DNA of 64,000 nt, taken from positions 1 to 64,000 of the forward strand of contig CAWJQQ010000003.1 of the NCBI GenBank assembly GCA_963845065.1, given 5' to 3'. The stretch comes from Nitrospirota bacterium. Lineage in GTDB: Bacteria > Nitrospirota > UBA9217. The notes beneath the pieces are model-generated. The model did no database searches. It was not told the DNA's origin and was given only the letters and a program-made list of their open reading frames with translations. Position 1 is the first letter of the stretch; every line of letters starts with the position of its first letter. This document shows positions 1-10,455 of the stretch, piece after piece. Both the position numbers and the translations under genes were made by a program.

Positions 1-165
1 ATCAAGGAACTATTAGGCCACAAAACACTTCAAATGACTCTCCGCTATGTCCACCTCGCACCCTGGCACAAAGTGAAGGCATTAGATTTGTCGGAAGGTG
101 GGTTGCAGGAAAAAATAACTATACAAAAACTATGCAGTCCAACAAAAAAGGAGTTAGCCGTTTAA
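1..165 (+). CDS. Tyrosine recombinase/integrase, C-terminal end (partial, begins before the window)
   Basis: Frame 1 reads IKELLGHKTLQMTLRYVHLAP...ELAV*; LLGH..MT.RY.H is the box II catalytic motif of tyrosine recombinases; lies next to a tRNA fragment. Confidence 0.85.
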   Translation: MKELLGHKTLQMTLRYVHLAPWHKVKALDLSEGGLQEKITIQKLCSPTKKELAV

Positions 166-174
166 GCTAACTCC
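145..174 (-). terminator. Intrinsic terminator-like hairpin
   Basis: GGAGTTAGC/GCTAACTCC perfect 9-bp stem preceded by an A-tract (U-tract on minus strand), just downstream of the tRNA fragment. Confidence 0.6.
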
Positions 175-184
175 GTTAATTACT

Positions 185-229
185 TGGTGGAGCTGAGGGG
201 GATCGAACCCCTGACCCCAAGACTGCCAG
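185..229 (-). repeat. att site: 45-bp copy of the tRNA-Ala 3' half
   Basis: TGGTGGAGCTGAGGGGGATCGAACCCCTGACCCCAAGACTGCCAG is identical to 5820-5864. Confidence 0.95.
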
Positions 230-416
230 AAGGGAAGGGCAGAAAAATACAATCCTTGATTAATCGCCTGGTTTCCCGTTTATCTGATGTATCAAGGGTT
301 TTGTGTGCTTACAATGATTACGGTGATTTACGATGATTATGCCTGTTTGGATTATTTTTAGCACAATTTTAGCACAGTCAATTACATCCCTGTTTGCCAT
401 TGCATGAATATCAAGA

Positions 417-1373
417 CTACCCCACATCTGCCGTAGCCATCTGTCGCAAATTGGTGACATCCCGCAGCGGCGGAGCGCCGAATAAGCGGTTGTACTCGCG
501 GCTGAACTGTGAAGGACTTTCGTAACCTACCTGGAATGCAGCAGTCGTCGCATCCTGATCTTTGGCGAGCATCAAGCGCCGCGCTTCGTTCAAGCGCAGC
601 CATTTCTGGTACTGCAGCGGGCTCATGGCCGTCACCTGCCGGAAATGGTGGTGGAAGGTCGAGGTGCTCATATTGACCTGCGCTGCGAGGTCATCGATGC
701 GCAACGGCTGCGCAAAGTTGTCCTTTAGCCAATGTATCGCCCGCGCTATCTGCTGGCTTTGACTTCCCACCGCTGCTATTTGGCGCAGCCGCGCTCCCTG
801 ATCTCCCACGAGCAGACGGTAGAAAATTTCCCTCTGAATGATTGGCGCAAGGATCGGAATATCCTTCGGTTCGTCGAGCAAGTTGAGCAATCGCTGAAAT
901 GCAGTGATGAGCGGCAAGGTGACCTCGCCGGTAGCCATCCCACGGATTGATTGCTGAGGACGCGGCTGCGGAAGCTTGCTGTCCACCATAAGTTGGGAAA
1001 TCTCTCGTTGATCAAGGTTTAATACGAGTCCCAAGTAAGGTTTTTCCGGGCTCGCTTTAATGACCTTTACGAAGGTGGGCAGATCCACGGACGTGAGCAG
1101 AAAATGGTGCGCGTCGTACACATACGAATCATCGCCCAACATCACGCGCTTGACCCCCTGCGCGATCACGCAAACGCGCGGCTCGAACAGGATGTTTACT
1201 GGTTCGCTCGGTTCCTTCCGCTGAGCAAGTATCAATCCCGGGATTGCCGTCTCAACGCGGTCGCTTTTATCGGTCCATCGGGCAATACTTCTTCTCAGGG
1301 CGTCGCGCGCGGTTTCCAATTCACTATTTTCGATTGCCTGTTTTACGTTCTGTTTTCGCATGACTGTCTCCAT
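417..1373 (-). CDS. AraC family transcriptional regulator (YqhC-like)
   Basis: AraC_N-type N-terminus; C-terminal double HTH (LAAQVNMSTSTFHHHF...AFQVGYESPSQFSREY); divergent from AKR genes. Confidence 0.92.
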   Translation of the reverse strand: METVMRKQNVKQAIENSELETARDALRRSIARWTDKSDRVETAIPGLILAQRKEPSEPVNILFEPRVCVIAQGVKRVMLGDDSYVYDAHHFLLTSVDLPTFVKVIKASPEKPYLGLVLNLDQREISQLMVDSKLPQPRPQQSIRGMATGEVTLPLITAFQRLLNLLDEPKDIPILAPIIQREIFYRLLVGDQGARLRQIAAVGSQSQQIARAIHWLKDNFAQPLRIDDLAAQVNMSTSTFHHHFRQVTAMSPLQYQKWLRLNEARRLMLAKDQDATTAAFQVGYESPSQFSREYNRLFGAPPLRDVTNLRQMATADVG

Positions 1374-1436
1374 GTTCCTATACTACAAGACTTTATTGCT
1401 CTGTCAACCCAATTATAGATGATTTCGGAGGATTAG

Positions 1437-2516
<1,080 letters not shown>

Positions 2517-2553
2517 GCGATATCGCGGAGTATATTTAAGGAGGCAATGATCC

Positions 2554-3408
2554 ATGGATATGACGATTTTGAACAATGGGGTGCAGATGCCGATACTTGG
2601 CTATGGCGTATTTCAGGTTCCTGATGCAGCACAGTGCGAACAGGGCGTGTATGATGCGATTACGACCGGCTACCGCCTGATCGACACAGCCGCGTCCTAC
2701 ATGAACGAGGAGGCGGTTGGCCGCGGTGTCAGGCGCAGCAACGTGCGCAGGAAAGAATTGTTCATTACGACCAAGTTGTGGGTACAGGACGCCGGGTATG
2801 ATAAAACCAAAGCCGCTTTTGAGCAGCAGATGAAGCTGCTCGGTCTGGACTATCTAGATCTGTACCTCATCCATCAGCCCTACGGAGATGTGTATGGATC
2901 CTGGCGCGCCATGGAAGAACTCTACAAGGGGGGGCGTATTCGGGCCATAGGCGTGTGCAACTTCTCAGACGTCCGCTTAGCTGATCTGGCCGAGTTCAAC
3001 GAGGTAGTCCCGGCAATCAATCAGGTAGAAGTTCACCCGTTCTGCCAGCAGAATACGCTCAAAAAGACCATGGACGAATATAAGGTTCAGATGGAGGCTT
3101 GGGGACCGCTTGCAGAGGGTCAGAGAGATATATTCAAGAATGAAGTCCTGTCCTCGATCGGACGCAAATACAGGAAAACGATCGCCCAGGTGATATTGCG
3201 CTGGCATGTCCAACGCGGAGTTGTTGCGATTCCGAAATCCGTACACAAGGAACGTATTGTTGAAAATTACAGCATCTGGGACTTCAAACTGAGTGAAGAA
3301 GATATGAATGCTATCGCTGCCATGGACACGAACCAAAGTCTCTATGGGGATGCCTTCACGAGCGCTGCAGCGGTAAAGATGTTCAGGAGCCGCACAATAC
3401 ATGAGTGA
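2554..3408 (+). CDS. Aldo/keto reductase (2,5-diketo-D-gluconate reductase-like)
   Basis: GYRLIDTAASY, LDYLDLYLIHQP, AIPKS motifs. Confidence 0.92.
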   Translation: MDMTILNNGVQMPILGYGVFQVPDAAQCEQGVYDAITTGYRLIDTAASYMNEEAVGRGVRRSNVRRKELFITTKLWVQDAGYDKTKAAFEQQMKLLGLDYLDLYLIHQPYGDVYGSWRAMEELYKGGRIRAIGVCNFSDVRLADLAEFNEVVPAINQVEVHPFCQQNTLKKTMDEYKVQMEAWGPLAEGQRDIFKNEVLSSIGRKYRKTIAQVILRWHVQRGVVAIPKSVHKERIVENYSIWDFKLSEEDMNAIAAMDTNQSLYGDAFTSAAAVKMFRSRTIHE

Positions 3409-4518
3409 TTGAATACGCTGATCGACATGACCTATGTGCGATATACTAAGTTCAGAGACAAAGAGCTGCTAAGAGTCAGTTTGCCGAGCCAAATAAGATC
3501 ATTGCTCTGGTTCGGGATTACTATTTCCTTTATCATTGGTCGAGATGTCACTGCTCAAGAGACCAGGGAACTCCCTATGATACCTAACAGCAAGACAGCG
3601 GCATTGAAAGAGCATGGAAGCTTTGACCATTTAACAACCAATAATACCGTGCGCGACATCGTGAACCATCCGGCATTTAAAGGTTTCAGCCGGCTTATCC
3701 TGACGGGGGATAATAACGCCAATCACGATGACACGCCGCTGAGCAATGTTCGCTCGCTCATGCCCTATCACTGCCATGTGGACCCTGACATTGTAGTGGG
3801 AGCGCTTAACCACATGATTGACGAGGTCAAAGACGGCAATACCATATTCTACGATTTCTACACCGATCAACAAAAGCAGGAGGATCCTGCCAAGAAGTTC
3901 ACGGGACTTTTCTTCTACCGGGGCGAACCGGGAGCCCCGTTTGCCATCGTGTGCCCTGGCGGAGGATTTTCCTACGTCGGCTCCCTGCATGAAGGCTTTC
4001 CGCTCGCTTTGGAGATTAGCAGAAAGAGGTATAACGCTTTTGTCATAAGGTATCGCATAGAGGGCCAGCAGCAAGCAACGGAAGATCTGTCGGCGGCAAT
4101 AGCCTATATTTTCAGGAACGCAGACGCGCTCGGGGTAAGCACTGAAGATTACTCTTTATGGGGAGGGTCTGCAGGAGCCAGGATGGTAGGCAATATTGCT
4201 TCAAGCGGGGTCGCAGCTTACGGCGGCGGTAGGCTGCCGAAACCAGCGATAGTCGTCATCGCCTATACCGGTCAGTCAAGCTTTTCCAAAGATTTTCCAC
4301 CAACGTTTATAACGGTAAGCGCAGATGACGGTATTGCGAATGTAGCGGTCGTTGACAAACGCGTCGAGAATCTGCGAAACGCCGGAGTAGAGGTCGAATA
4401 TCGTAGATACAGAACTGCCGGTCACGGCTTCGGGCTTGGCACAGGCACCGATGCCGAAGGCTGGTTAGACCACGCTGCTTGGTTTTGGGAAAAGCATTTG
4501 TCTAAGGGAGAAAAATGA
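3409..4518 (+). CDS. Alpha/beta hydrolase (esterase-like); start codon uncertain
   Basis: PGGGF oxyanion motif, GGSAG nucleophile elbow, GHGFG. Confidence 0.85.
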   Translation: MNTLIDMTYVRYTKFRDKELLRVSLPSQIRSLLWFGITISFIIGRDVTAQETRELPMIPNSKTAALKEHGSFDHLTTNNTVRDIVNHPAFKGFSRLILTGDNNANHDDTPLSNVRSLMPYHCHVDPDIVVGALNHMIDEVKDGNTIFYDFYTDQQKQEDPAKKFTGLFFYRGEPGAPFAIVCPGGGFSYVGSLHEGFPLALEISRKRYNAFVIRYRIEGQQQATEDLSAAIAYIFRNADALGVSTEDYSLWGGSAGARMVGNIASSGVAAYGGGRLPKPAIVVIAYTGQSSFSKDFPPTFITVSADDGIANVAVVDKRVENLRNAGVEVEYRRYRTAGHGFGLGTGTDAEGWLDHAAWFWEKHLSKGEK

Positions 4519-5267
4519 CAATGAGCAATAACATTGAAGGAAAGGTCGTCGTCATAACGGGCGCAAGCAGCGGGAACGGCGAAGCGACTGCTCGGTATCT
4601 CTCCAGCCGGGGAGCGACTGTTGTGCTGGGCGCGCGGCGCGTCGATCGTATCAAGGCTCTCGCAGATGAACTGTCCAGGAAGGGCGGCAAGGCGCTCGCT
4701 ATCCAGACGGACGTCACCGAGGTCAACCAGGTGAAGCGACTGGTCGATGAAGCGGTAAAAACCTTCGGTCGGATCGATGTCATGATCAATAATGCCGGTT
4801 TGATGCCCCACTCTCCGCTCGAACGCCTCAAGATCGACGACTGGGACCGGACGATCGATGTGAACCTCAAGGGTGTGCTGTACGGCATTGCTGCGGCGCT
4901 GCCGTATATGACGCAGCAGAAATCCGGGCACTTTATTAATGTCTCATCTGTGGCAGGTCACAAGGTACGCCCCGGTAGTGCTGTGTACGCCGCTACCAAG
5001 ACTGCAGTGCTCGTCATCTCAGAGGGGCTGCGGCAGGAAGTGAAGCCCTACAACATCCGCACAACGGTGATCTCACCTGGTGCGCTGGCCACGGAGCTGC
5101 CGAACAGCATTACCGAGCCGGACGTCGCCGAGAATGTCCGCAAGTTTGTTCAGGAGGTTGCGCTTCCCGCCGAATCGTTCGCGCGGGCAGTAGCTTTCGC
5201 CATGAGCCAGCCCGAGGATATGGACGTGAACGAGATCCTGTTCAGGCCCACTCGCCAGGAGCTATAA
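4515..5267 (+). CDS. SDR family oxidoreductase
   Basis: [17 protein letters not shown] motifs. Confidence 0.93.
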   Translation: MTMSNNIEGKVVVITGASSGNGEATARYLSSRGATVVLGARRVDRIKALADELSRKGGKALAIQTDVTEVNQVKRLVDEAVKTFGRIDVMINNAGLMPHSPLERLKIDDWDRTIDVNLKGVLYGIAAALPYMTQQKSGHFINVSSVAGHKVRPGSAVYAATKTAVLVISEGLRQEVKPYNIRTTVISPGALATELPNSITEPDVAENVRKFVQEVALPAESFARAVAFAMSQPEDMDVNEILFRPTRQEL

Positions 5268-5325
5268 TATCCTTTAAGAGTATTGATGTTAAATAAGGGA
5301 TCAAACAACACAGAAGGAGATACAC

Positions 5326-5649
5326 ATGTCAAACAGTGACGTACAAAAAACGACGGATGACTTAAAAGCTATAGCACCGGAATTTGCGAAACTTACACAA
5401 GACTTTCTTTTCGGAGATATTTGGAAACGTCCCGGACTCTCGCAGCGAGATAAAAGCTTAATAACTGTCACATGCTTAGTCGCGCTGAATCGTATCGAGC
5501 AAGTCGAGTTTCATCTTAAGAAGGCTCTCGAAAACGGCCTGACGAAGGAAGAACTTGTGGCTGCAATTACGCATATTGCATTTTACGCCGGGTGGCCCAC
5601 CGCAGCCTCCGGGTTTGGTCACTTGAAAAAAGTAATTGATCAGCAATAA
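5326..5649 (+). CDS. Carboxymuconolactone decarboxylase family protein
   Basis: LFGDIWKRPGLSQRDKSLIT...HIAFYAGWP signature. Confidence 0.88.
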   Translation: MSNSDVQKTTDDLKAIAPEFAKLTQDFLFGDIWKRPGLSQRDKSLITVTCLVALNRIEQVEFHLKKALENGLTKEELVAAITHIAFYAGWPTAASGFGHLKKVIDQQ

Positions 5650-5779
5650 ATTGATTGAGGATACAATTTTGTTCGCCGACATGTCGTCACGGCGAAAAGA
5701 GATTAGGAGGGATGAGAACAAGAATCCGAGCTAAAGAATTAGCAAACTCCCTTGGTTCGATCCCCCTCATGAAAATAAA

Positions 5780-5811
5780 AAAAGGCCGGTCATTTTCATG
5801 ACCAGCCTTTT
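5780..5811. terminator. Bidirectional intrinsic terminator
   Basis: AAAAGGCCGGTCAT/ATGACCAGCCTTTT stem with A- and T-tracts between the convergent CMD gene and tRNA. Confidence 0.7.
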
Positions 5812-5819
5812 GTTTATTT

Positions 5820-5895
5820 TGGTGGAGCTGAGGGGGATCGAACCCCTGACCCCAAGACTGCCAGCCTTGTGCTCTCCCAGCTGAGCTACAGCCCC
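5820..5895 (-). tRNA. tRNA-Ala(GGC)
   Basis: Reverse complement GGGGCTGTAGCTCAGCTGGGAGAGCACAAGGCTGGCAGTCTTGGGGTCAGGGGTTCGATCCCCCTCAGCTCCACCA; 76-nt cloverleaf with encoded CCA. Confidence 0.98.
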
Positions 5896-5920
5896 ATCTC
5901 TCTTGTCGCAAGAGGTGTTC

Positions 5921-5949
5921 AATTTATCATCACAAACTGACGTTGTCAA
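5921..5949 (-). promoter_or_regulatory. Sigma70-type promoter of tRNA-Ala
   Basis: TTGACA-17 nt-TAAATT on the minus strand. Confidence 0.65.
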
Positions 5950-5967
5950 GAAAAAAGACTGTTTTAG

Positions 5968-6205
5968 GAGCCCCGCGGAAACTCCACATGAATTAGCGGT
6001 GAGAGTACTTGAAAGCGCCGGGATAAACCGGCATAGGTCAGAGGGTGAAAGTCCCTTACATGAAAGGACGAGCTGAACCATCATGGCCCCGAGTCATGCG
6101 CGGGCGGTTGTGAGAGCGCGTGTGAAACGTTGACAGGGGAAGCGTAGGCCAGCCATTGGGCTCCGAAATGCGGAAGTTGCACATCGGATCGGGAGGGGAA
6201 GGCCT
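5968..6205 (+). ncRNA. Truncated group II intron 5' fragment (domain I)
   Basis: GTGAAAGTCC...GGCCCCGAGTCATGCG...GAAACGTTGACAGGGGAAGCGTAGGCCAGCCATTGGGCTCCGAAA resembles domain I of bacterial group II introns; no RT ORF or domain V follows. Confidence 0.65.
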
Positions 6206-6602
6206 GTGGTCGTAATCTTTACCTGTACACTGTTGAGTACCAAAGAAGGAGTAGAATAAAACGGGGGTTGTTTGTGCTGTGGAGGAGGTCCTGGAGGGAA
6301 TGCTGGTGACCAGGGCGAATTCTGGAAGCGGACTGCGACGTGTACTTAGAGCCAGGAACAAACATTAAACTAACATTACAGGATACGCAAGCATAAGATC
6401 TGGGGAAACCCGTGTCATAAACTTTACTTGGATTACTCGAGGTGAGAGCCGTGTGAATTAATTCTCCTCGCATGAATCCATGCGTGTAGCGTCTTGTAAC
6501 GAATATCCCTACCGCGATCAATGCGTTGTTTTTGTGCGATGATGGCGAAGTTATATCCAAATCTTCGTATCCTCCTGATTGACAAGAAAAAACTGGGTTG
6601 TA

Positions 6603-6667
6603 ATGCACAGAGCAGGAAGTGCAGGGATCATAGGCCCGGACGAACATCTGCGCAAGAAAATTTCATG
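6603..6667 (-). pseudogene. Remnant of a [NiFe]-hydrogenase large-subunit C-terminus
   Basis: Translates FLAQMFVRAYDPCTSCSVH, the DPCxxCxxH L2 motif; upstream frame broken. Confidence 0.6.
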
Positions 6668-6925
6668 CTTGCGATTATAGCTGCAGGTGGAGCAGAATTC
6701 ATTCAGGATCGCTGTCTTTTTTTCCCGGAATTCAGCTCGTTAACGTTTGACAATAGTTACTAAATATTTCCCGTTACGTACCCTCCTTTTAGGGGTATAG
6801 TCCCGGTAACATGAATTAAGAGTCAACGATATATTTCAAAATTCACTTGGGTAACATTTATTGTGAGTCAATTCGCCCTGTATCAATATAGTGCAATATT
6901 TGTCAAAAATGTATATAATACGCCT

Positions 6926-9190
6926 ATGAGCGAGGCGTCTGATAAGCCGGATAAAAAGGAAGAGGCCCCCGCAGCAAGCCAGCGAATCGAGCGTGAGATA
7001 CCGCTAGATACTCGGCTCTTGTCTGAAGCAGTTATCGAACTTAATATTTCCCGAAAAAATGTGGGTATTTATCCACCGGGCCATATCCAGATCATCAAAA
7101 GCATCGACCGGGCTTTCGCCATTCTCCAAAAGCTATTCGAAATTCGCGATCAAATGACTCTTGGTGTTGCAAAAGATACGCTCCTCGTCGGAAATGATTA
7201 TCTCGATGAGAAAAATCTCGTATATAGAGACTTTGCACTTTCAATGAACCAGCAGGGAATCGCAGCCGTCACGTTTATTCGTGGCCTCGATAAAGAGGAA
7301 CTCGTTCGCTTTCACCGTATTCTTACCACCAAGACCGACGAAATCAGGTCCGTAGGCGGGATCGAAAAAGTCATGTCCGATGCGAACATTCCTCATATTA
7401 AAATCGTCACCGTCGACTACGGCAGTTTTCATCTTACCGAGGAGCAGGAGATAAGTAGTACGAGCACCCGAGTGGGGAAAAAAGGAACCGATATCTGGCA
7501 GGATTTTGTATCCCATCTCTCTGATGGAACCCTTGCCGCTCCTGATGAGGGCATCTCGATTGTTGAGGCTGAACAGATTGACCCGACTGAGCTTGCGCGC
7601 CTTCTCAATGAGCGCAAACTTGACGCAAATAAGGCGATCGAAAGTTACGATCAGATCATCTCCACATATGTGCGCGGGGCGGCAGAAAAAAAAGAGCTAA
7701 GCAGTGAGCAATCGAATACCCTTGCGCGTCTGAACGTTCTTCTGAAGGAACTACACCCCGATCTTAGAAAGCAGTTTCTGTCCGTCGCATTCAACCGTGT
7801 GTCTTCCCGTACAAATACACCTGCAGATACAGCAGAAATCCTCGGAGGACTTGCCGATGACATGGTGATCGAAATGATCGGACAAGCAAGCGCGGATGGC
7901 AGGGAGATATCGCCGTCCCTTGCCGGACTTGTGGGAAAGCTCACGCAGGCCCAAAACGACTCGTCTGTGGGGCAAGCCATTGATAAAAACAAACAGACTC
8001 CTAAGGGTTTTGTTGCGCCCGATATCCAGCCTGAACGCATACAGAAACTGTTCGATCGGGAGAAGTACGAAGAATTTGTGAGCGACGAATACCAAGCGAT
8101 GCTGAAACAGTTGTCTCAGGGAGTCCAGGTCACCGCCGAACCGTTTCCATTAGAGGACTACCTGAAGACGATGGAGGACGATCGAATTGATTTACAGATC
8201 GGCAGGGCGCTTCTCGCATTTCTGGAAGAGAATATTGAAGAAGAAGATTATAGGGAATTTTCGAAAAAACTCGTTGCTATCATGCCTCAATTTCTCGACT
8301 CTGGAAATTTTGAGCTGCTCTGGGACATTTTTGAAACACTTCGGAAACATGCTGCGGAAAAACCGGTAAAGGGCATCCGAGACATTGCCGAAGAAACCAG
8401 GAAATTCTTCACGAATCCTGATTTCATCATACGAGCGCTGAAGGCTTTTGATCTGTGGATGCGGGACAAAGGTCAGGAGGCGGTCGGCTTGATCCAAGCA
8501 CTAGGACCTGACACGATCCCCGGGTTACTCGACATTTACAGCAAGGACGAAGAAGTGGGAGGCAGGCGCGTTCTTTTCAACCTGCTCTGTCTTTTTGGTG
8601 AGCCTGCCGTACGCGAAGCGCAAAAAAGACTTCGGGATCCTCGTGCATACTACGTCCGTAACCTTCTCATCTTAATCCGACGAGCCGGAACTTCTTCATC
8701 GATACCATCTATCAAACCGTTATTGCAACATCAGAACCAGATGGTGAGGATAGAGGCGGTCAGTACGCTACTGAAATTCAAAGACCCAGGCGCCGTGGCC
8801 TTGCTACGGACAACGATTTATGACAAAGATCCGGACTTTGCTGCCGAAGCTGTTGCCCTGGCAGGGCAATACCGCATAGCTGAGGTGACAGAGGATGTTT
8901 TGTCGAAACTCAAGCGTGTCATCCTGTTCGAAACGGACTATGCCGAAAATGAAGAAATCATCAGAGCGCTCGGGAATATCGGTGACCCGCGGGCAATTCC
9001 TGACCTCGAGAAACTTGCTAAGGCTTCATGGTCGCTCTATCCGCAAAGCCTTCTCCGAATGAAAGAGGCAATTTACAATTCCCTTGCACGTTATCCGCGG
9101 GAGAACATCGCCCAACTAGTCAAAATCGGTGAACGATTAAACAGTGATGTGATTCGAAGGACCTGCAGGCAGCTTGTAGAAAAACGGTAA
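6926..9190 (+). CDS. HEAT-repeat domain protein
   Basis: Long helical ORF with C-terminal HEAT-like repeats (YYVRNLLILI, VRIEAVSTL, IIRALGNIGDPRAIPDL). Confidence 0.8.
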   Translation: MSEASDKPDKKEEAPAASQRIEREIPLDTRLLSEAVIELNISRKNVGIYPPGHIQIIKSIDRAFAILQKLFEIRDQMTLGVAKDTLLVGNDYLDEKNLVYRDFALSMNQQGIAAVTFIRGLDKEELVRFHRILTTKTDEIRSVGGIEKVMSDANIPHIKIVTVDYGSFHLTEEQEISSTSTRVGKKGTDIWQDFVSHLSDGTLAAPDEGISIVEAEQIDPTELARLLNERKLDANKAIESYDQIISTYVRGAAEKKELSSEQSNTLARLNVLLKELHPDLRKQFLSVAFNRVSSRTNTPADTAEILGGLADDMVIEMIGQASADGREISPSLAGLVGKLTQAQNDSSVGQAIDKNKQTPKGFVAPDIQPERIQKLFDREKYEEFVSDEYQAMLKQLSQGVQVTAEPFPLEDYLKTMEDDRIDLQIGRALLAFLEENIEEEDYREFSKKLVAIMPQFLDSGNFELLWDIFETLRKHAAEKPVKGIRDIAEETRKFFTNPDFIIRALKAFDLWMRDKGQEAVGLIQALGPDTIPGLLDIYSKDEEVGGRRVLFNLLCLFGEPAVREAQKRLRDPRAYYVRNLLILIRRAGTSSSIPSIKPLLQHQNQMVRIEAVSTLLKFKDPGAVALLRTTIYDKDPDFAAEAVALAGQYRIAEVTEDVLSKLKRVILFETDYAENEEIIRALGNIGDPRAIPDLEKLAKASWSLYPQSLLRMKEAIYNSLARYPRENIAQLVKIGERLNSDVIRRTCRQLVEKR

Positions 9191-9243
9191 ATTCACCTAC
9201 CGCGACAGCATGATAAAAAACGATAGGTCCGAACAGGATTAGT

Positions 9244-10425
9244 ATGGCAGAGTATGACTTTTATGATGGGTTGTCACGAGTGATCTCACAGCTTACTGCT
9301 GCGGTCATGAACACTAGTCTGTATTCACAAACCCATCCCCAGGTGTCACAGTATATCGACAAGGCGAATACCGTACTTACGGAGATACTGCAACTTAAAC
9401 CGGAGATCACAATCCTATTGATCGGCGACGATCTCGTTGCCGACAATCGGCAAATCATCTCGACGGGGGCAGCATCCTTCGTAGCAAACTTCGCACGAAT
9501 CCTGAAGAAAAAAACCATCGAGCGAATAACTTTCGTCTCGGGTCTTCCTAGAGCGGAACTTCAGGGGTTTATTCAGGACCTTGCATCACGGGATGCGACG
9601 CCGGTCCGGTCCACCACGTGTATTAAGCTCGGCAAGATTGAACTCAGGATCAAGAAGCCCGCTGAACAGGGAACTTCGGGAGGGGACGACCTGATAAACA
9701 CGATTGTGGAATCAGCACCCGACATTCCTGAGGAATCCATGCAGGATTTGCTTTCTCTGACAGCAGCTGAACTCGATGAACTCAAAGAACTGTATCTTCA
9801 GGCTAAGCGTCACAAAAAGATTGATCTTCGCAGCGTGGATGATATGGTCAAGGGGTTTATCAAGGGTTTCCGGCAGGAGATCAACCCGTTAAATTTGCTC
9901 GCCTCTCTTAAGTCCGCTAACGAATATACCTTTACCCACGTCACGAACGTATGTATCCTGACCATGAGTCTAGCGGAGTTCGTGGGTTTTAAAGGAGAGA
10001 ACCTTCATCGAATAGGTGTCGCGTCGCTCCTGCACGACATAGGGAAGATATTCATTCCCGATGAGATACTGAGTAAACCCGGCGTACTTACGCTGGAAGA
10101 ACGGAGAACCATTGAGACCCATACGGTAAAAGGGGCCCGTTATCTCATGGACGTTGAAGGGATCCCGAAGCTGGCCGTTCTTGCGGCATTGGAGCACCAC
10201 CAGAAATTCGATGGGAACGGATACCCTTCAATAAAAGGAGGCTGGACGCCGAATATCACGAGCCAGTTGATCTCTGTCGCAGACGTGTTTGATGCAATGA
10301 GAAGCAGAAGGTCGTATCAGCAGTCTCAATCGCTAGAAAAGATTGAAGGCGTCTTGACCAAGGGGAAAGGGACTTCTTTTAATCCGGTTCTCATTGATCA
10401 TTTTCTAAAGATGATAAAGAGGTAA
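9244..10425 (+). CDS. HD-GYP domain phosphodiesterase
   Basis: LLHDIGK, HHQKFDGNGYP, VADVFDAM motifs. Confidence 0.9.
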   Translation: MAEYDFYDGLSRVISQLTAAVMNTSLYSQTHPQVSQYIDKANTVLTEILQLKPEITILLIGDDLVADNRQIISTGAASFVANFARILKKKTIERITFVSGLPRAELQGFIQDLASRDATPVRSTTCIKLGKIELRIKKPAEQGTSGGDDLINTIVESAPDIPEESMQDLLSLTAAELDELKELYLQAKRHKKIDLRSVDDMVKGFIKGFRQEINPLNLLASLKSANEYTFTHVTNVCILTMSLAEFVGFKGENLHRIGVASLLHDIGKIFIPDEILSKPGVLTLEERRTIETHTVKGARYLMDVEGIPKLAVLAALEHHQKFDGNGYPSIKGGWTPNITSQLISVADVFDAMRSRRSYQQSQSLEKIEGVLTKGKGTSFNPVLIDHFLKMIKR

Positions 10426-10455
10426 AAAAGAAGAAGTACGGGGTTAGTAATCACT

